Shown here: piece after piece, positions 23,776-36,307 of the stretch | How the letters are laid out: each line of letters begins with the position of its first letter | Position numbering within the stretch: the stretch's first letter is position 1 | Assembly: GCA_008690995.1 (NCBI GenBank) | Contig: VRMN01000002.1 | Coordinates: 1 to 64,000, forward strand | Length of the DNA stretch: 64,000 nucleotides | Source: Porphyridium purpureum | Lineage: Eukaryota | Reading direction: 5' to 3' | Program-made: the position numbers and the translations under genes | Notes under the pieces: generated by a model | What the model saw: only the letters and a program-made list of their open reading frames with translations | The model's database searches: none | What the model was told of the DNA's origin: nothing

Positions 23776-25285
23776 TTCAAATGCGTACTTTGCGTTTCGA
23801 CCCAGATAAGCAGCGGCGTGCGCGTCCCGGGGAGCCCCTCAAAATCAGGTTACAATACGTTTCCGACACATCCGTTCAGCCGCGAATTCCCACGAACACT
23901 ATTCTGCGCCGCCAGTTCTGCGCCGTGCTCCTCTCGTTCCGCCGCACTGCCCCACGCCACCTTATTCCCTCGGCGAGCGCCTACTATGCCCGCTTGCGCT
24001 CACGATGCCCGCTCGCGCTCAGCTGCGCATCCCCATCCCCAGCCAAGCGCGCCGGTGTGTGCCACACATTGCAGACCTTGGGCGGGGCCGTGGGTGCGGC
24101 GAACGTCTTCAAAGACATTCAACGAATCTACCGCGCGACACATAGATGCTGCGAACACCGATGGCGCGTGTCCCCCGCCACCATCGCCAAACAAACTGAC
24201 AATGTCGAAACGTGTGATAGTGGCGCGAAGCAGTTCCAGCGCAATACTTTGTCAATCCTGCATTTGGAGCGGACAGCACAGCACAATCCGGAAGGAACAG
24301 CTATTTTTGGAAAATAGCTTGGACACGCGTACCCGTGCACGTGTCGCGTGTCCAACTTCTTTGCACCGTGTCCCCCACCTACAGTGTCGTCCACACCTCC
24401 TCGCGTCACGTATAAAGGCGAGTACCTAAAGGCGGAGGAACTAGACCTTCGCGAAGACCGGAACAGGTAGAGTAAATGTTTTGTGTGTAAAAGAATATAC
24501 ATTCTGTGACTTCTGTTGTTCGGGAGAGAACAGATATCACCTCACGCTTCCCACCTCACTGGCACGCTTGTCGGGAGACTCGCAGACCAGGGGTGAGCGG
24601 CGGATCATTTACTCTCTGTTGGAAAACAAAAACCGGTTACCTTTGACAGAGAAAAAGAGAAAATCGTTGTGGCGCTGCGCATCCGCGTGTATCCGAACAA
24701 CGGGGTGCTCAGGTTCGTTTTTAGACGAGAGCAACCACCCGTGGGTCTCGGGCGGTAGCTCCCAGTTACTTGGCTGAGCGAAATAAGTTGGGATAGAGCG
24801 TCCCGCTCGAGTCCCAGTGCACTGCAAGGATCCCAATCCTTGCTATGTCCTCTGCCAGGCTCCCGCAAGGCAGTAGATAGCTTAAACTCCCGTTTCAGCT
24901 CCACAAATTGTCAACTTTATAGTTGTCAACACCATCGACTATTTCGCTACCTATCTTTTTTCCTCGCTTGGGCGGTGGTTACTCCGCTGCATTTATACGA
25001 CCTTCGGGCCTACGAAGATGCCAACGTCTCGCCACGAACTCCAGCTGGCAGAGCTGGCGTGTCTCGCCTGGCCGTTAGTCGCTCGAGGTACTGCGATTAC
25101 CTTGCGCGAGTCTGAATGATACTGTTGTGTGGATTTCCCGACAGCGTGCCCTAATTTTGACGCGCACCGACCGCACGTTTGTGCCACGCGACCCGTCTAG
25201 TGCACGCAACAAAGACACCTACACAAGAGGCTCTGCTTCGAGCGAGCGTCGGGTCAGCGCAACTCTGAGCAAAGTGCTCGCTGAG

Positions 25286-25498
25286 TGTGGAGAAAACTTC
25301 CAAATCCTCGCGACGAGCTCGACGATGACCTGTGGGGGCGCCACGCTTGAACCCGCGATTACCCGAGGGGTCATCGCGAATGGGGGGCATCAAAGCGACG
25401 ATCAGTGCGCGCAGCGGACCACCACGAGCGCACGCTTTGCGGGCCTCAGCCCGCCTCGTTCCGGGGGCGCGAGACTGAGGTATAAAAAGAGGTGCCCG
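25286..25498 (+). repeat. Second, truncated copy of the 21664 LTR-like repeat
   Basis: Close sequence match to 21664-21884, ending just after TATAAAAAGAGGTGCCCG. Confidence 0.8.
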
Positions 25499-25501
25499 TG
25501 C

Positions 25502-28309
25502 TGTGAATCACGGATTACGCTAGAGATGAGAAATGATATCCCAGCTGTGCGGGGTTTGCACGGTTGAACTTAATCTACTGGTGCAATGAACTCAATCCTA
25601 GAACAATACAATTTCTCATTTGGTACTTTTCATCATCTTTGCCACTTTTTTAAACTACTCAAGCTAGCTCGTCGTCGACGAGCATGTCGTTTTGTACCCT
25701 GTTCGCGGATGAGGCCCGCTCGTGCGTGGTTCCGGTGCATCATATGCAGAGTGTTACCAATGCTGTGCCTTTTACTCTCTGCTTCTCTGCCTATCTCTTC
25801 TCTCTCCGAGTAAGACCTGACCGGCTAGTCCGGGCAGGCGCGTCGCCTTTTTATACCCTTACTTCCGCTAGGGACAGCAAGGCGCCAAGAGAAATGACAA
25901 TACAAATCATTGGCATTTCTGCGCACGTGTAGAAGGTTCTGGAACCTCTAGAAGCTTCTAGAAACGGTTAAACGGTCTACCGGTTTAACGGCTTACCGTT
26001 TTCAGATTAACCGAACCGTTCTAGGTCACTGGGGTCGAACGGATAACATTGCAAGGGCCGCGCGCACCGTGTGACGTACTTCCTCGCTGGCCGACCCCGT
26101 GCAGCCCCTGGAATGCTTTCATTTTAACCGTTTTTTCATTTGTTGTTGCCTTTTTGATTGTCGTTGTTAATGTTTTTCTTAATTTCGTTACCCAATGGAA
26201 ACCCTATGAAGGTCTTTCGGTCCGTATGGGGGATGTGTTATGTCGGACCAATAAACCGTTTGCTACCCGGTCGCTGTAGCATTAGGTACAGCGATAGCCT
26301 TCAATATAACTGAGGGATTGTAGTGACCTCCAAGGTCCCACTTTAGCATAAGCGTCGTCGCTTCTCGACGGCGCGCCTAATTTGAAAAGAGGAAGTGAAG
26401 TGGGATTTTCGTATTGTGTCTGTGAGGTTTGCTGGCGTGGTCCTTAGTGTGACCCGAGTTGATCGTAGCACCAGAACACCCTTGTTTGCGAACACATGTA
26501 TGGACGCCATTGTGTCCAGCCCGACACCACCGAGCAGCCTTTCCGTCGCCCGGTGCACGCGAACGTGCAACGGGCCGCGCCCTCATTTCTTCGCATCCAT
26601 GCCTTCCTTCAGTCCCTTGATTTCCCGCCGACACTCTTCGAGCTTGCCTACCAGCTCGTTTATCTGCGCGTCTCGAGCCTTAACTTTGCATATCCTCGCA
26701 ATATGACCCAAGCCGTCACAATAGCGACACTGTATTGGGTCTCCGTTTGCAGTGCGCCTCACAGCGGAAGGCATGGTCCCGCGTCCTTCTGCCAGCCGTG
26801 TAGCTTCGTACTCGTCAGTCCCAGCCCTCAACACCTGCGTGGACAGGGCGATGGCCGATGCCGCCGCATATTTGTACGTGCTGAGATAGATCATAATCTC
26901 ACGGACATTCCCAAACATCCGCTGGTTGTTGAACGCCTGTCTCACGGCCTGAGCGAATCGGCTTTTCTCAAGTCGATGCAGAAACTCCTCGGCCTGGCGA
27001 GAGGCGGTCAACTCTGGTTCGTCCACCAAAGTCATGCCCATCATCGCGGCTTCCAAGCGCCCCTTGAATGCCCCTAGGGCCTCGTTGTTTCCCATGCGAA
27101 CGAGCTGGAAACGCTCGCGGGCGAATGCTCGGCAACGGTCTGCTGTTGCCCCGGGCGGAGTCAGGTGTACTACGACGCTCAGGTTTTTTAGTCCTAGCGG
27201 ATCATCACGACCAATTTCAAGCTGCTCCCACTGGGCCCTCGCGCTCATAGCTTCCACTGACGAGACTGACAGCGGACCTCTCATAACAGCGTACAACTTT
27301 GATCTGGCCAGTTTTATGTCCGAGTTCCACTTCAGCGCTGCGGTCAGCTGCAACTTTGCTAGATCGCGTGCCACGTCACGGTCCCGCGCGACCCACGACG
27401 CTACTTGCCCCCCACCCCCAGCCTCACAGCTACGGAGCACCCAAGTTATACCCCTCTCCCACTGGCCCAATCGGCCCTCCTTTTACAAAACAACAAGCGC
27501 GCCGTGGGCGACGCGCTTAAATACTTTAACCTACCCTACTGTGGAAACCCTGGAATAAGTGGAGGCCCCAATTAGAACGAGGGTGGGGTGTAGTGGGTAC
27601 TGTTTAGTGGTGCAGTGGAAGGGACAGTGAGGTGGAGCGTATCATAACACGCGTGCTCGCCAGGTGGACGGTTCCTCGTCTTCAGGTACACCGGGGCCAT
27701 CCGGGTACCTAGCATTATTCATGTCAAATATTGTCCCCAATGGACCAAATTCCACTTGTGCGAAATTTCCCACTTCACGCAACCAATCGATGACTTCCAC
27801 CGCCGGCCTCATGTCGGCAGCGTTGTACTTGAGCAAGGGTAGGCCCTCCGTGGCCCCCTTGTCCTCTGCGTCGACCAGATTTCTCTTTACGCGACCCGCC
27901 ATGGTGCTTGGTTGCTTCCGCCCCGTGTCTCGATTAGCGCCGCACCCACGCAATCGTTTCCGCACACGCCGGTACGCTAACCCGTTAAGCTCACTTCCGC
28001 GCGTCCCACGTCGAAGGAAGTTGTGCATGTTTTTGTGTTGAAACTCCGCGCACGGGAGGAGCCACTTTTATCCTCAAAATGTTGAACGTAGTCCTTTTAC
28101 ACCCACTGGCGGCAAAAAGATATAAATCTACCTCTTTGCCCCTACCTCACGCCGGCCGCTCCGTCTGCCGTGATACTTAAGTATCACTCGGTCCACCGAA
28201 TCGCCCATTTCTTTCACCTTGTCACGCAAGTAGACGATGATTCGCCGGACGCTTCGTGCACACTCTACCGAAAGTACAGCACCCACTGATTCCCACGCCA
28301 ACATTCACA
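25502..28309 (-). mobile_element. Degenerate LTR retrotransposon remnant (gag plus protease, pol deleted)
   Basis: Gag-like ORFs 27642-27902 and 26583-27470 with the CCHC knuckle CRYCDGLGHIARIC, followed by protease-like VGLDTMASIHVF. Outer ends are TGTGAAT/ATTCACA. PBS-like TGGCTCC near 28064. Boundaries are uncertain. Confidence 0.55.
26583..27400 (-). pseudogene. Gag-like protein fragment with a CCHC zinc knuckle
   Basis: CX2CX4HX4C motif followed by a coiled segment; a shifted frame then gives the LDTMAS protease-like motif. Confidence 0.65.
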
Positions 28310-29239
28310 AGGGGCGGGGGGGAAACGATCTGTGAAAGTACAGTGCACGCGCGGCCACAAGAAAGCCTTTAGTGGATAGGCTTATTATGTGATGTGGAAG
28401 AACAATAAACCGAAGTTCGCTGCCGAAAGACCGAACCATGCAGATTCCCCAAAGCAACCGCTTAGTCTCCACACTCTAGATCTCTCTACCTTAAAGCGAA
28501 GTGGTTGCGCCTGCGGCAGGGGTGAAGTGGTGTTCCAATATACCTGTGTGGCGCCGTCGACGACGGCTCGCGACAGCTCTGCTGTCGCCCAATGCGGGCA
28601 CACATGAGCATGAGCATGAGCCTGCATCGTCTGCCTCGACATGCATGTAGTGGCTCACTCAGCTTACCGGAGCAGAACACCCGCGCTCGATACTAGGTAC
28701 AGGTTGACCCCCAAATCACGAGCCAGGCTGTGCAAATCACGCTGCTCTACTGCAGAAATAGTTTATCACAAGAATGCATATTTTACTATGCGTTTCGTCG
28801 TTGCGAAAGAAGCGGGTTTGTAGGGTGAAGTTGTGAGTCCTTGCGCCGGAGCAACATGCTTGGCTGCTTCAGTATGGCAACAGCTATATCATATGCGACT
28901 CTAGCCACAGATTTCGTGCGTGAGCGGCGCGATGTCTTTCTGTCGTGCTCTGTTTAATGAATGTCTCGCGAAGGAATCATGCGCGTGAACCTAATGTGCA
29001 AAAGTGCACTGCCTTTACTTTTTGCACGTTCTCATCGGATACAGAACGTATCCGCGCGAGAATGTCGGAGGGGAATACAAGGCAACGATTCGAAATGCTT
29101 AACTCCAGAAACATACCCCATTGTCAGAGAACGCAAGTTTTGTAAGGGCACATTGTCTTTTTTAATTCTCCAATCACACAATCATGCATTTCACTTCCAC
29201 ATGTAAAATATGTCCTGACTTGCTGTCCTGCTTTCTTAT

Positions 29240-30949
29240 CTACTTCCTCTTCGCCACTTTGGCGTCAGATTCCGATTCGCTCCCACTGCCTTTGCCGCTG
29301 CCTTTGCCGCTGCCTTTGCCGCTGCCTTTGCCGCTGCCTTTGCCGCTGCCTTTGCCGCTGCCTTTGCCGCTGCCTTTGCCGCTGCCTTTGCCGCTACTTT
29401 CGCTGCTGCTTTTGCCGCTACTTTCGCTGCTGCTTTTGCCGCTACTTTCGCTTTCACACACTGGAGGCTTTGGCGGCGGTCGCGGGCATAAGCATGGGCA
29501 ACATGGCACCTCTTCGTCCGAGTCGGAGGATGAGCTGCAGCGGCAGTGCTGACCATGACCATGGCCGTGGCCATGGCCGTGGCCGTGGCCGCGGTTGCTG
29601 TGCTTGCGCATGCTCGCACCCATTTTCATGCTCTCATAGTCGCTGTCCGAGCTTTCTTCCGGCATGTCTGACGCCATCTCGCAGACTGCGCCTTCGTCAT
29701 CTGGCGAGCAACAGTATTGAGGCGTTGGCGTTGGCGTTGGCATTGCCGTTGGCGTTGGCGTTGGCATTGCCGTTGGCGTTGGAGTTGGCATTGCCGTTGG
29801 CGTTGGCGTTGGCATTGCCGTTGGCGTTGGAGTTGGCATTGCCGTTGGCGTTGGAGTTGGCATTGCCGTTGGCGTTGGCACTTCGCAGCTCAGAGAGGAG
29901 GAAAGGTCTGCAAACGTGCGCAGCATGCCCATCTCATACAGCCGGATGTAATCCACACCCTCGACGCCCAGCTCACCATTTGCTCCTGTCGCAGGGTCCA
30001 CGATACTAAAGACGCCAAGCTCGCTGTCTTGGCTAATCAATCTCCCCGCCATGTCAAACGCCAGCTGATCTGCAGTTGCAAACCCGGTCAATGTGCTCAC
30101 CTGACTGGGGTCATCAGGTGGGTCTGCGTGGATGAGTCGGTACTCGTACGCCATACCAGGAGTTGCGCCGAGGTCTCCGGCAGCATAGTTCAAATCGATT
30201 GTAAAGAAGTATTTGAAGCCACCGCCCGTCCCGACGCTGCTGCCGTACAGCATGCCGTCGCAGTTGATTGCCATATCGCCGCCTCGGAACGTGAACGGCA
30301 ACTCGGCAGCCGGTGCATTCGGGTCCGTTGTCACGTTGCGGAACATGGTGTTGGTCACCCGCTCCATGATCTGGCCCGTCGTTCTGTCCAGTCGCGCGAA
30401 CTGGAGGACCAGAATACCGCCCATGTTTTGCTGCTCGCCTTGGTCGATCCACACATACTGGTAGGTTTTCGCGTCAAAGGCGGCACCCATCACAGGCTCG
30501 CCAAGGTTGACAGCAAACTCGAACGAATCGGTCACAATTGAGTAGAAGCACAGTCGTGATGTCGTCATGCCATATTGGTCAAATGCGACGAAATACAGGC
30601 GCGAGTCGCCATCGTACGCCAGTCCATTCGGTGAGAATTCGTACAGCGGTCCTGTGCGCGTCACTCCATTCTCGTACCCAAAGCAATCCATAGGGAACCC
30701 ATCTGGATCATCGGCGGCGGCCTTTGTCATGTTTGCGACCAGGGTGGTAGTCTGCTCCATACCTACACCGGCGGAAAAGTCCAGCGCAAAAATATTCTTT
30801 TGCACGTTGTCGCGCTCAATGGCGTAAACAATACCTGCATTCGACAGGGCCTGCGTGCGTCGGACGAGGACATGCAGTACACAAAGGAGGAGCAACCACG
30901 AAGCCATTGCACGACGCTTGCAATTGTCCATTCTGTCAAGCGAATGCAT
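29240..30949 (-). CDS. Secreted protein: globular (possibly beta-propeller) domain, Pro/Thr stalk, His-Gly and Cys cluster, (SGKG)n tail
   Basis: 569-aa intact ORF with hydrophobic signal WLLLLCVLHVLV, PNGLAYD/GDMAI/QLAFD blade-like motifs, (PTPTPTAM)n, (HG)n, CCPCLC and SGKG repeats. Confidence 0.85.
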   Translation of the reverse strand: MHSLDRMDNCKRRAMASWLLLLCVLHVLVRRTQALSNAGIVYAIERDNVQKNIFALDFSAGVGMEQTTTLVANMTKAAADDPDGFPMDCFGYENGVTRTGPLYEFSPNGLAYDGDSRLYFVAFDQYGMTTSRLCFYSIVTDSFEFAVNLGEPVMGAAFDAKTYQYVWIDQGEQQNMGGILVLQFARLDRTTGQIMERVTNTMFRNVTTDPNAPAAELPFTFRGGDMAINCDGMLYGSSVGTGGGFKYFFTIDLNYAAGDLGATPGMAYEYRLIHADPPDDPSQVSTLTGFATADQLAFDMAGRLISQDSELGVFSIVDPATGANGELGVEGVDYIRLYEMGMLRTFADLSSSLSCEVPTPTAMPTPTPTAMPTPTPTAMPTPTPTAMPTPTPTAMPTPTPTAMPTPTPTPQYCCSPDDEGAVCEMASDMPEESSDSDYESMKMGASMRKHSNRGHGHGHGHGHGHGQHCRCSSSSDSDEEVPCCPCLCPRPPPKPPVCESESSGKSSSESSGKSSSESSGKGSGKGSGKGSGKGSGKGSGKGSGKGSGKGSGKGSGSESESDAKVAKRK

Positions 30950-32068
30950 CTGGAGCCTCTACTGTTGCTTCTCTTGCTGCTTCAATCCCGGTACCACGGG
31001 CTCTGTCCCTTCCTGCGTATGCCCGAATTCTCCTTCTTCTCTCTTCTTCTTGTCCTTCTTCTTCTGCTCCTTGCCGACTCTGCTCTGTGCCCAGCACTCT
31101 TCGACTTTTTGCACTAATCCACGCGCGCAGTCCCCATTATATACCCGATGCGCGGCGCGAAGCAGGCTTCAGACGGTCGCAACTTGCGCCACGACACTCG
31201 TGATCTTGGGACGTTCCACAGTACAAACTGCGGATAGATACGTCAGTTAGATTCATCGCATTTGGCTGAAAGATCGTCAGTCAACCATTCCCACGGTGCC
31301 AACAAGTCTTTCCCCTTCCGCCAACTACCACGCAACCAACCCAGGTATCCGCCAGAGTTCTATCCATTCCACTGCTCTGAGTATCCTCTGACTGCAGCTT
31401 GTTCACACCAATGACCATTGTTTTCCCAAGCGCGCCACGTAATCCACAACAACAGCGAAAGCGTCACACAATACGCACGTGCACCAGGCGGCACGCGTCG
31501 TCACGCTTCCGGCGTCTCTGGAATGTGCTCAATTCACGCAGTTCCACGTGTCGCAAGGAGTAAGCGTGAAGATTTTTCCGTTGCTGGATTTTTTTTGCCG
31601 CGTGCTCGTTTGCACACGCCTTCGTCTGCTTTTTCTGTAGCCAATACGGCTCGCGTACACATCGCAGTGCAAGCGCGTGCCACGAGTTTGAAAATCTCTG
31701 GCATTTCTCCTCTGTCCTTTGGCTCTTACATGCGTGTAAATGTATGTGTGTGTGTGATTCATGTCATTGTGGGCATCACCTTACCGCTGTTGTGCTGTTG
31801 ACGTTCCGCGCGCTGCGACTCACGCTTGTGCGCACGCCAACAAGTGCGCTCGCCTCGCCGCGATTCCGCGACGTGCCACGCACCCGCGGCACGTGCGGCA
31901 CGTACAGTGTCTGCGCGCGTGTGTACATTTCGTGGAGTATGTACAGTGACTGTACATCGATCCCGTACAAATAACGCCACGTTCACGTGAATGCGGCTGA
32001 GGGAAGCAGCGGTTGTGTTGTTCAAGGTCGTTGGTTCTCAGCAGGCGGAACGATCGTGCTGTATGCGT

Positions 32069-32092
32069 CTGTGTGTGTGTGTGTGTGTGTGT
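32069..32092. repeat. (GT)n microsatellite
   Basis: Direct reading. Confidence 0.9.
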
Positions 32093-32636
32093 GCTGCGGC
32101 ATGCATGTGTGGCGTCCCTTCGCCGAATGCGCAACTTGGTCAGCTGCTTCCATGTGGTGAACACACCCAACTGAACTCGTGCCATGTATTTCTTGCGCGA
32201 CGGGCGCGAGATCGTGATGCGCGGCGCTGGTCGATGTTTCGACAAGGCAGCACAGTGTGGCATTTTCGCACGAAAGTGATCTTTCTCCCTTCATGTTTTG
32301 CTTCCGCACCCGCTCTTCAGATGACCTGGGTGCACTGGCGGGAAACTCAGAATGGGAAACGAGGCCACACATCGGAAAGATTAAAGCTTCAACGACAGCA
32401 TAGATCGGACCAGGCATTCAATCATGGACCCGATGACAGATGTGACTGATGCACACACATTTAAAGGAATAGAGACTGACCATTGCACGCGATGTCATTC
32501 GGCCCGGAAGGCGCTCCAGGCCCAAAGAACGTGATTTCTGCAAAGGAATACTTAATCCTTTACTTCTCGTTCACGTTTCCAGTCTTTTCAACTGTTGCAG
32601 GTTCACTTTCAATAGCTTGGCGTTAAACTGATCCTT

Positions 32637-34288
32637 CTAGTGACTCTCCGAGCCACTACTGTTGGACTCCGAATCGCTACCACTGCTGCCACTGCTGCCA
32701 CTGCTGCCACTGCTGTCACTGCTGCCACTGCTGCCACTGCTGCCACTGCTGCCACTGCTGTCACTCCTGTCACTCCTGGCACTCCTGGCACTCCTGGCAC
32801 TCCTGGCACTCCTGGCACTCCTGGCACTCCTGTCACTCCTGTCACTCCTGTCACTCCTGACGCTTCCTACATTTCCACGCGCTGGAGCCTTTGGTCGCGG
32901 TTTCAGGCACGTGCACGGACAGCATGGCACCTCTGTCGACTCTGCGTCCGACTGGGAGCCTGAGTTTGAACGTCCACCGCGACCGTGACCAAGGCCACGA
33001 CCTCGACCGTAAAGGTAGTGAATGCTCGTAGGCATCTTCTTGCTCTCATCGTCACTATCCGAGCTCCCATCGTCACTGTCCGAGGTAATTTTCCGGCAAT
33101 TGTGTTACCACGTCGCACTCAGCACCTTCGTCATCTGGGGAGCAGCAAAACTCTGGCGCTGGCGTTGGCACTGGCACTGGCGCTGGCGGCGGTGATGGTA
33201 TCGGCATCGGCATCGGCATCGGCATCGGCATCGGCATCGGCGCTTCAAAGACCAGAGCCGACGCAAGGTCTGCAAACGTGTGCAGCGTGCCCATCTGGAA
33301 CAGCCTGACGTAATCCACACCCTCGACGCCCACTTCACCATTCGCGCCTGTCGCAGTGTCCACGACACTAAAGATGCCTCGCTCGCTCTTTTGGCTGATC
33401 AATCTCCCATCCGCGTCAAATGCCTCCCGATCTGCAGTTGCAAACCTGGTCAAAGTGCTCACCTGAGTGGAGTCCTTTGGATCTGCGTGGATCAGGCGGG
33501 AAGCGTACGGCGTTCCGGGAGTTGTGCGGAGGTCTCCAGCAGCATAGTTCAAGTCGATGGAAAAGAAATACTTGAAGCCATCGCCCGTTCCGACGCTGCT
33601 GCCGTGCAACATACCGGTAGCGTCAATCGCTATATCTCCGCCACGATAAGTGAAAGGCAGCTCGGCAGCTGGAGCATTCGGGTCCGTCGTCACGGTGCGG
33701 AACATAGTGTTTGTGACTCGCTCCATAATCTAGCCCGTCGTTCTGTTCAGTCGCTCGAACTGGAGGACCAGAATACGGCCCTCAGATTGTAGCGCGCCTT
33801 GGTCTATCCACACATACTGGTACGTATTCGGGTTGAAGGCGGCGCCCGTCACAGTCCCGCCAAGGGGTGGCAGCAAACCCGAACGAATCCGTCTCGAATG
33901 AGGACAAGCACAATCGTGATGCCTTCATGCCAAATCGGTCAAATAAGGCGAAATACAGAAGGGAGTCGCCGTCGTAAGCCAGTCCACTCGGACTACATTC
34001 ATACAGAGGCCCTGTGCGCGTCACCCTGTTCACCTATCCAATGCACTGTACTGGGTAATCTGGATCCTCGGCCGCCGCCGTTGTCACGTTTGCGACTAGC
34101 GTGATGCTGGGCTCAATGCCCAAGCCGGCGAAAAAGTCCAGGGCAAAGATGTTCTTCTCCGCGATATCGTGCTCAATGCCGTAGACTATACCTGCACTTG
34201 CCTGGGTCTGGGTGCTTCCGACGAAAACATGGAGGACGCAGGGGAGCAGCAGGCCCGAAGCCAGCACACCCTGCTTGCGAGTGTCCAT
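32637..34288 (-). pseudogene. Frameshifted tandem paralog of the 29240-30949 secreted protein
   Basis: Fragments 34034-34288, 33782-34033, 33073-33726 and 32637-33035 match the paralog (MERVTNTMFR..DPNAPAAELPFT; VPCCPC). The tail repeats differ (PM, SDR/SAR, SSG). Confidence 0.85.
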
Positions 34289-34518
34289 GGAACTGTATCA
34301 ATGCTGACCGAGTTTTTGCTGCTGATTTCCTACTCTTGCGCAACCCACCCTTTACCCCTACTTTCGTTTTCTCCTGCTGGCAGCCGCGCAGCTGTTTCGC
34401 CTTCTAATTCGCGGCCCCATATCCCTATCTCCCCTCCTGACCGCAGTCCTCCTTCTCGATTTACAGCTTGCCCTTCGCTCGTGTCGGCGTGTCCGGGTCT
34501 GTGTGCCTTCATATAATA

Positions 34519-35957
34519 AGGTGCGACCAGAACGGATAGGGGAAAGTCGAATTTCTAAGAAAAATTAGACAGTTCATGTTACATTTTGACCTTTTACTAA
34601 GACAATATTTGGGGCGGGGCGGATGGTGCCGGAGTGCAAGAAATTTGTTGCACAAATGGGATAGGGAACAGTCAAGGGAAGCCTTATATCTCGGGAAAGG
34701 ATAATGGAAAGGAAGAGGAGAAAAGCGCATCGAGCGACTCTCGCGAAGAGCTTCATTTCGACACCATACATCGCAATATTGACTGCTCAGATGAGAAGAT
34801 ATGACGTTTTCAGGGCCTTTGGGAGTGGGACAAAAAGTGAGAGCTGTTGTGACACAAATTAGGTGCTCCATGCAATGCGGTTTGTTCTAGGTAGATGCTC
34901 CCATCGTACACGTACGTAGTACCTCTACTGCGGACGCTCCAAACCGCACAAAGGCATGAAAAATCAAGACTTCTGATATCAAAAGGATTCGGCCCGTAAA
35001 TAAGGGCCGTCAAATTCGTGCTGCACAGCGCAATTGCGGTCTGATTCGGGTCCTAAATTCAATGAAAATCAGGACAGCAATGAGTTTGACCTATGCATGC
35101 GGGAGAAATCCAGCTGAAGTACCTGTGACACTCAAATTCGACCTCACGTGGCTCGCCTTGAAAAGACGGCATGTGCTGGAACGAATGAATTGGGCAACAG
35201 TTGCGGTCACGGACGAAATAATTTGCAATCTGGATGGGCCAGATGCTTTCCACAAGACATGGCATGAGCGTACATGGGATCTTTCAAACGTTTGGTCGTG
35301 ACATTTGGGCGGCGGTCGGTGTACGGTTCGGTGCGCCATTTTTGTGGCAGGAGATATGCAATTTCAACTCATTGACGGTATCTTCGCCGCTGCCAATTCT
35401 GTTTCCATGCTTCAGAATGACGGCATGCTGGACCGCTGCCGCCAGATGGTGGACCCGAACGTGGTTTTTCTGCAGGATATCGCGCTGCTGCACAAAAGTC
35501 GCCTGGTTAAGAATTTCATGAATGACAAGAATGTGGAGCTTCTAGACTGGCCAGCGTACTCGCCGGACTTCAATATTATCGAGAACCTGTGGAGAATACT
35601 AGCGCGCAAGGTTTACGTGGGTGCAAGGGAGTTTCAGATGGTGCTAGAGCTGAAAAATACCATCTTACTGGCTTGGGAGACTTTGGACCAGCCTGTGATG
35701 GCCAATTTGTACGCGTCGCTGCCGAAACGCATATTTGACTGTGCGTATCTTCAAGGCGCATACGCACAAGGAAAGGGCGACCAATTCCGACCTTTCATTG
35801 CTGAGTAATGGCTGGAACTGTGTCGTGTCCCCTATCCGTTTTGACCTCTTCCACATTCCCTTTTCACCGGACCTCTTTCCCTTTTATAGTAAAGCAGATC
35901 ATTTTACTGGTAAAACTTGGAAAATGGTACTGTCCCCTTTCTGATTTGATCGCCCCT
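34519..35957 (+). mobile_element. Degenerate Tc1/mariner transposon
   Basis: TA-flanked imperfect TIRs (AGGTGCGACCAGAACGGATAGGGGAAAGT vs reverse complement AGGGGCGATCAAATCAGAAAGGGGACAGT). Transposase fragments TDEIICNLDGPD, FLQDIALLH and WPAYSPDFNIIENLW. Confidence 0.8.
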
Positions 35958-36013
35958 TAGGAGGCCACCCTTTTACTGAACCCAAAGACCTTTCCTTTTC
36001 GACTCTATACATG

Positions 36014-36277
36014 TGGAGCCGAGTCGCCAGGTGAGAGGAGGCTGGCGCTTAAATACAGCCTCTGCACTGCTCTTCGTGTCTGCAGTGCGGGCACGGCCCT
36101 GCGGAGGGGTCGCCCGAGTGGAGGTCAGGGGGTCGCGCCCCCTCCCGCGTCATCGCCGTCGGGCGGACTAGCTGCCTCAACGGAGCGTATCCATCTAGCC
36201 AGACCGGTTGCGGCGCCCTGGTGACAGGGACCGAACCGCTGTCGGTCTCGCCGTTGGGGCGTACAGCGATAGTATCA
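36014..36277. mobile_element. Possible short solo LTR or structured insertion
   Basis: TG...CA ends flanked by CATG on both sides, a TATA-like TTAAATA and several GC-rich hairpins. Confidence 0.3.
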
Positions 36278-36307
36278 CATGCATCGGTACCTAAGTTTTA
36301 AAATGTA

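Noticed and set aside
24605..24904. Copia RT fragment (ELKREFKL)
   Set aside because: Only one short motif echo, with no supporting RT motifs.
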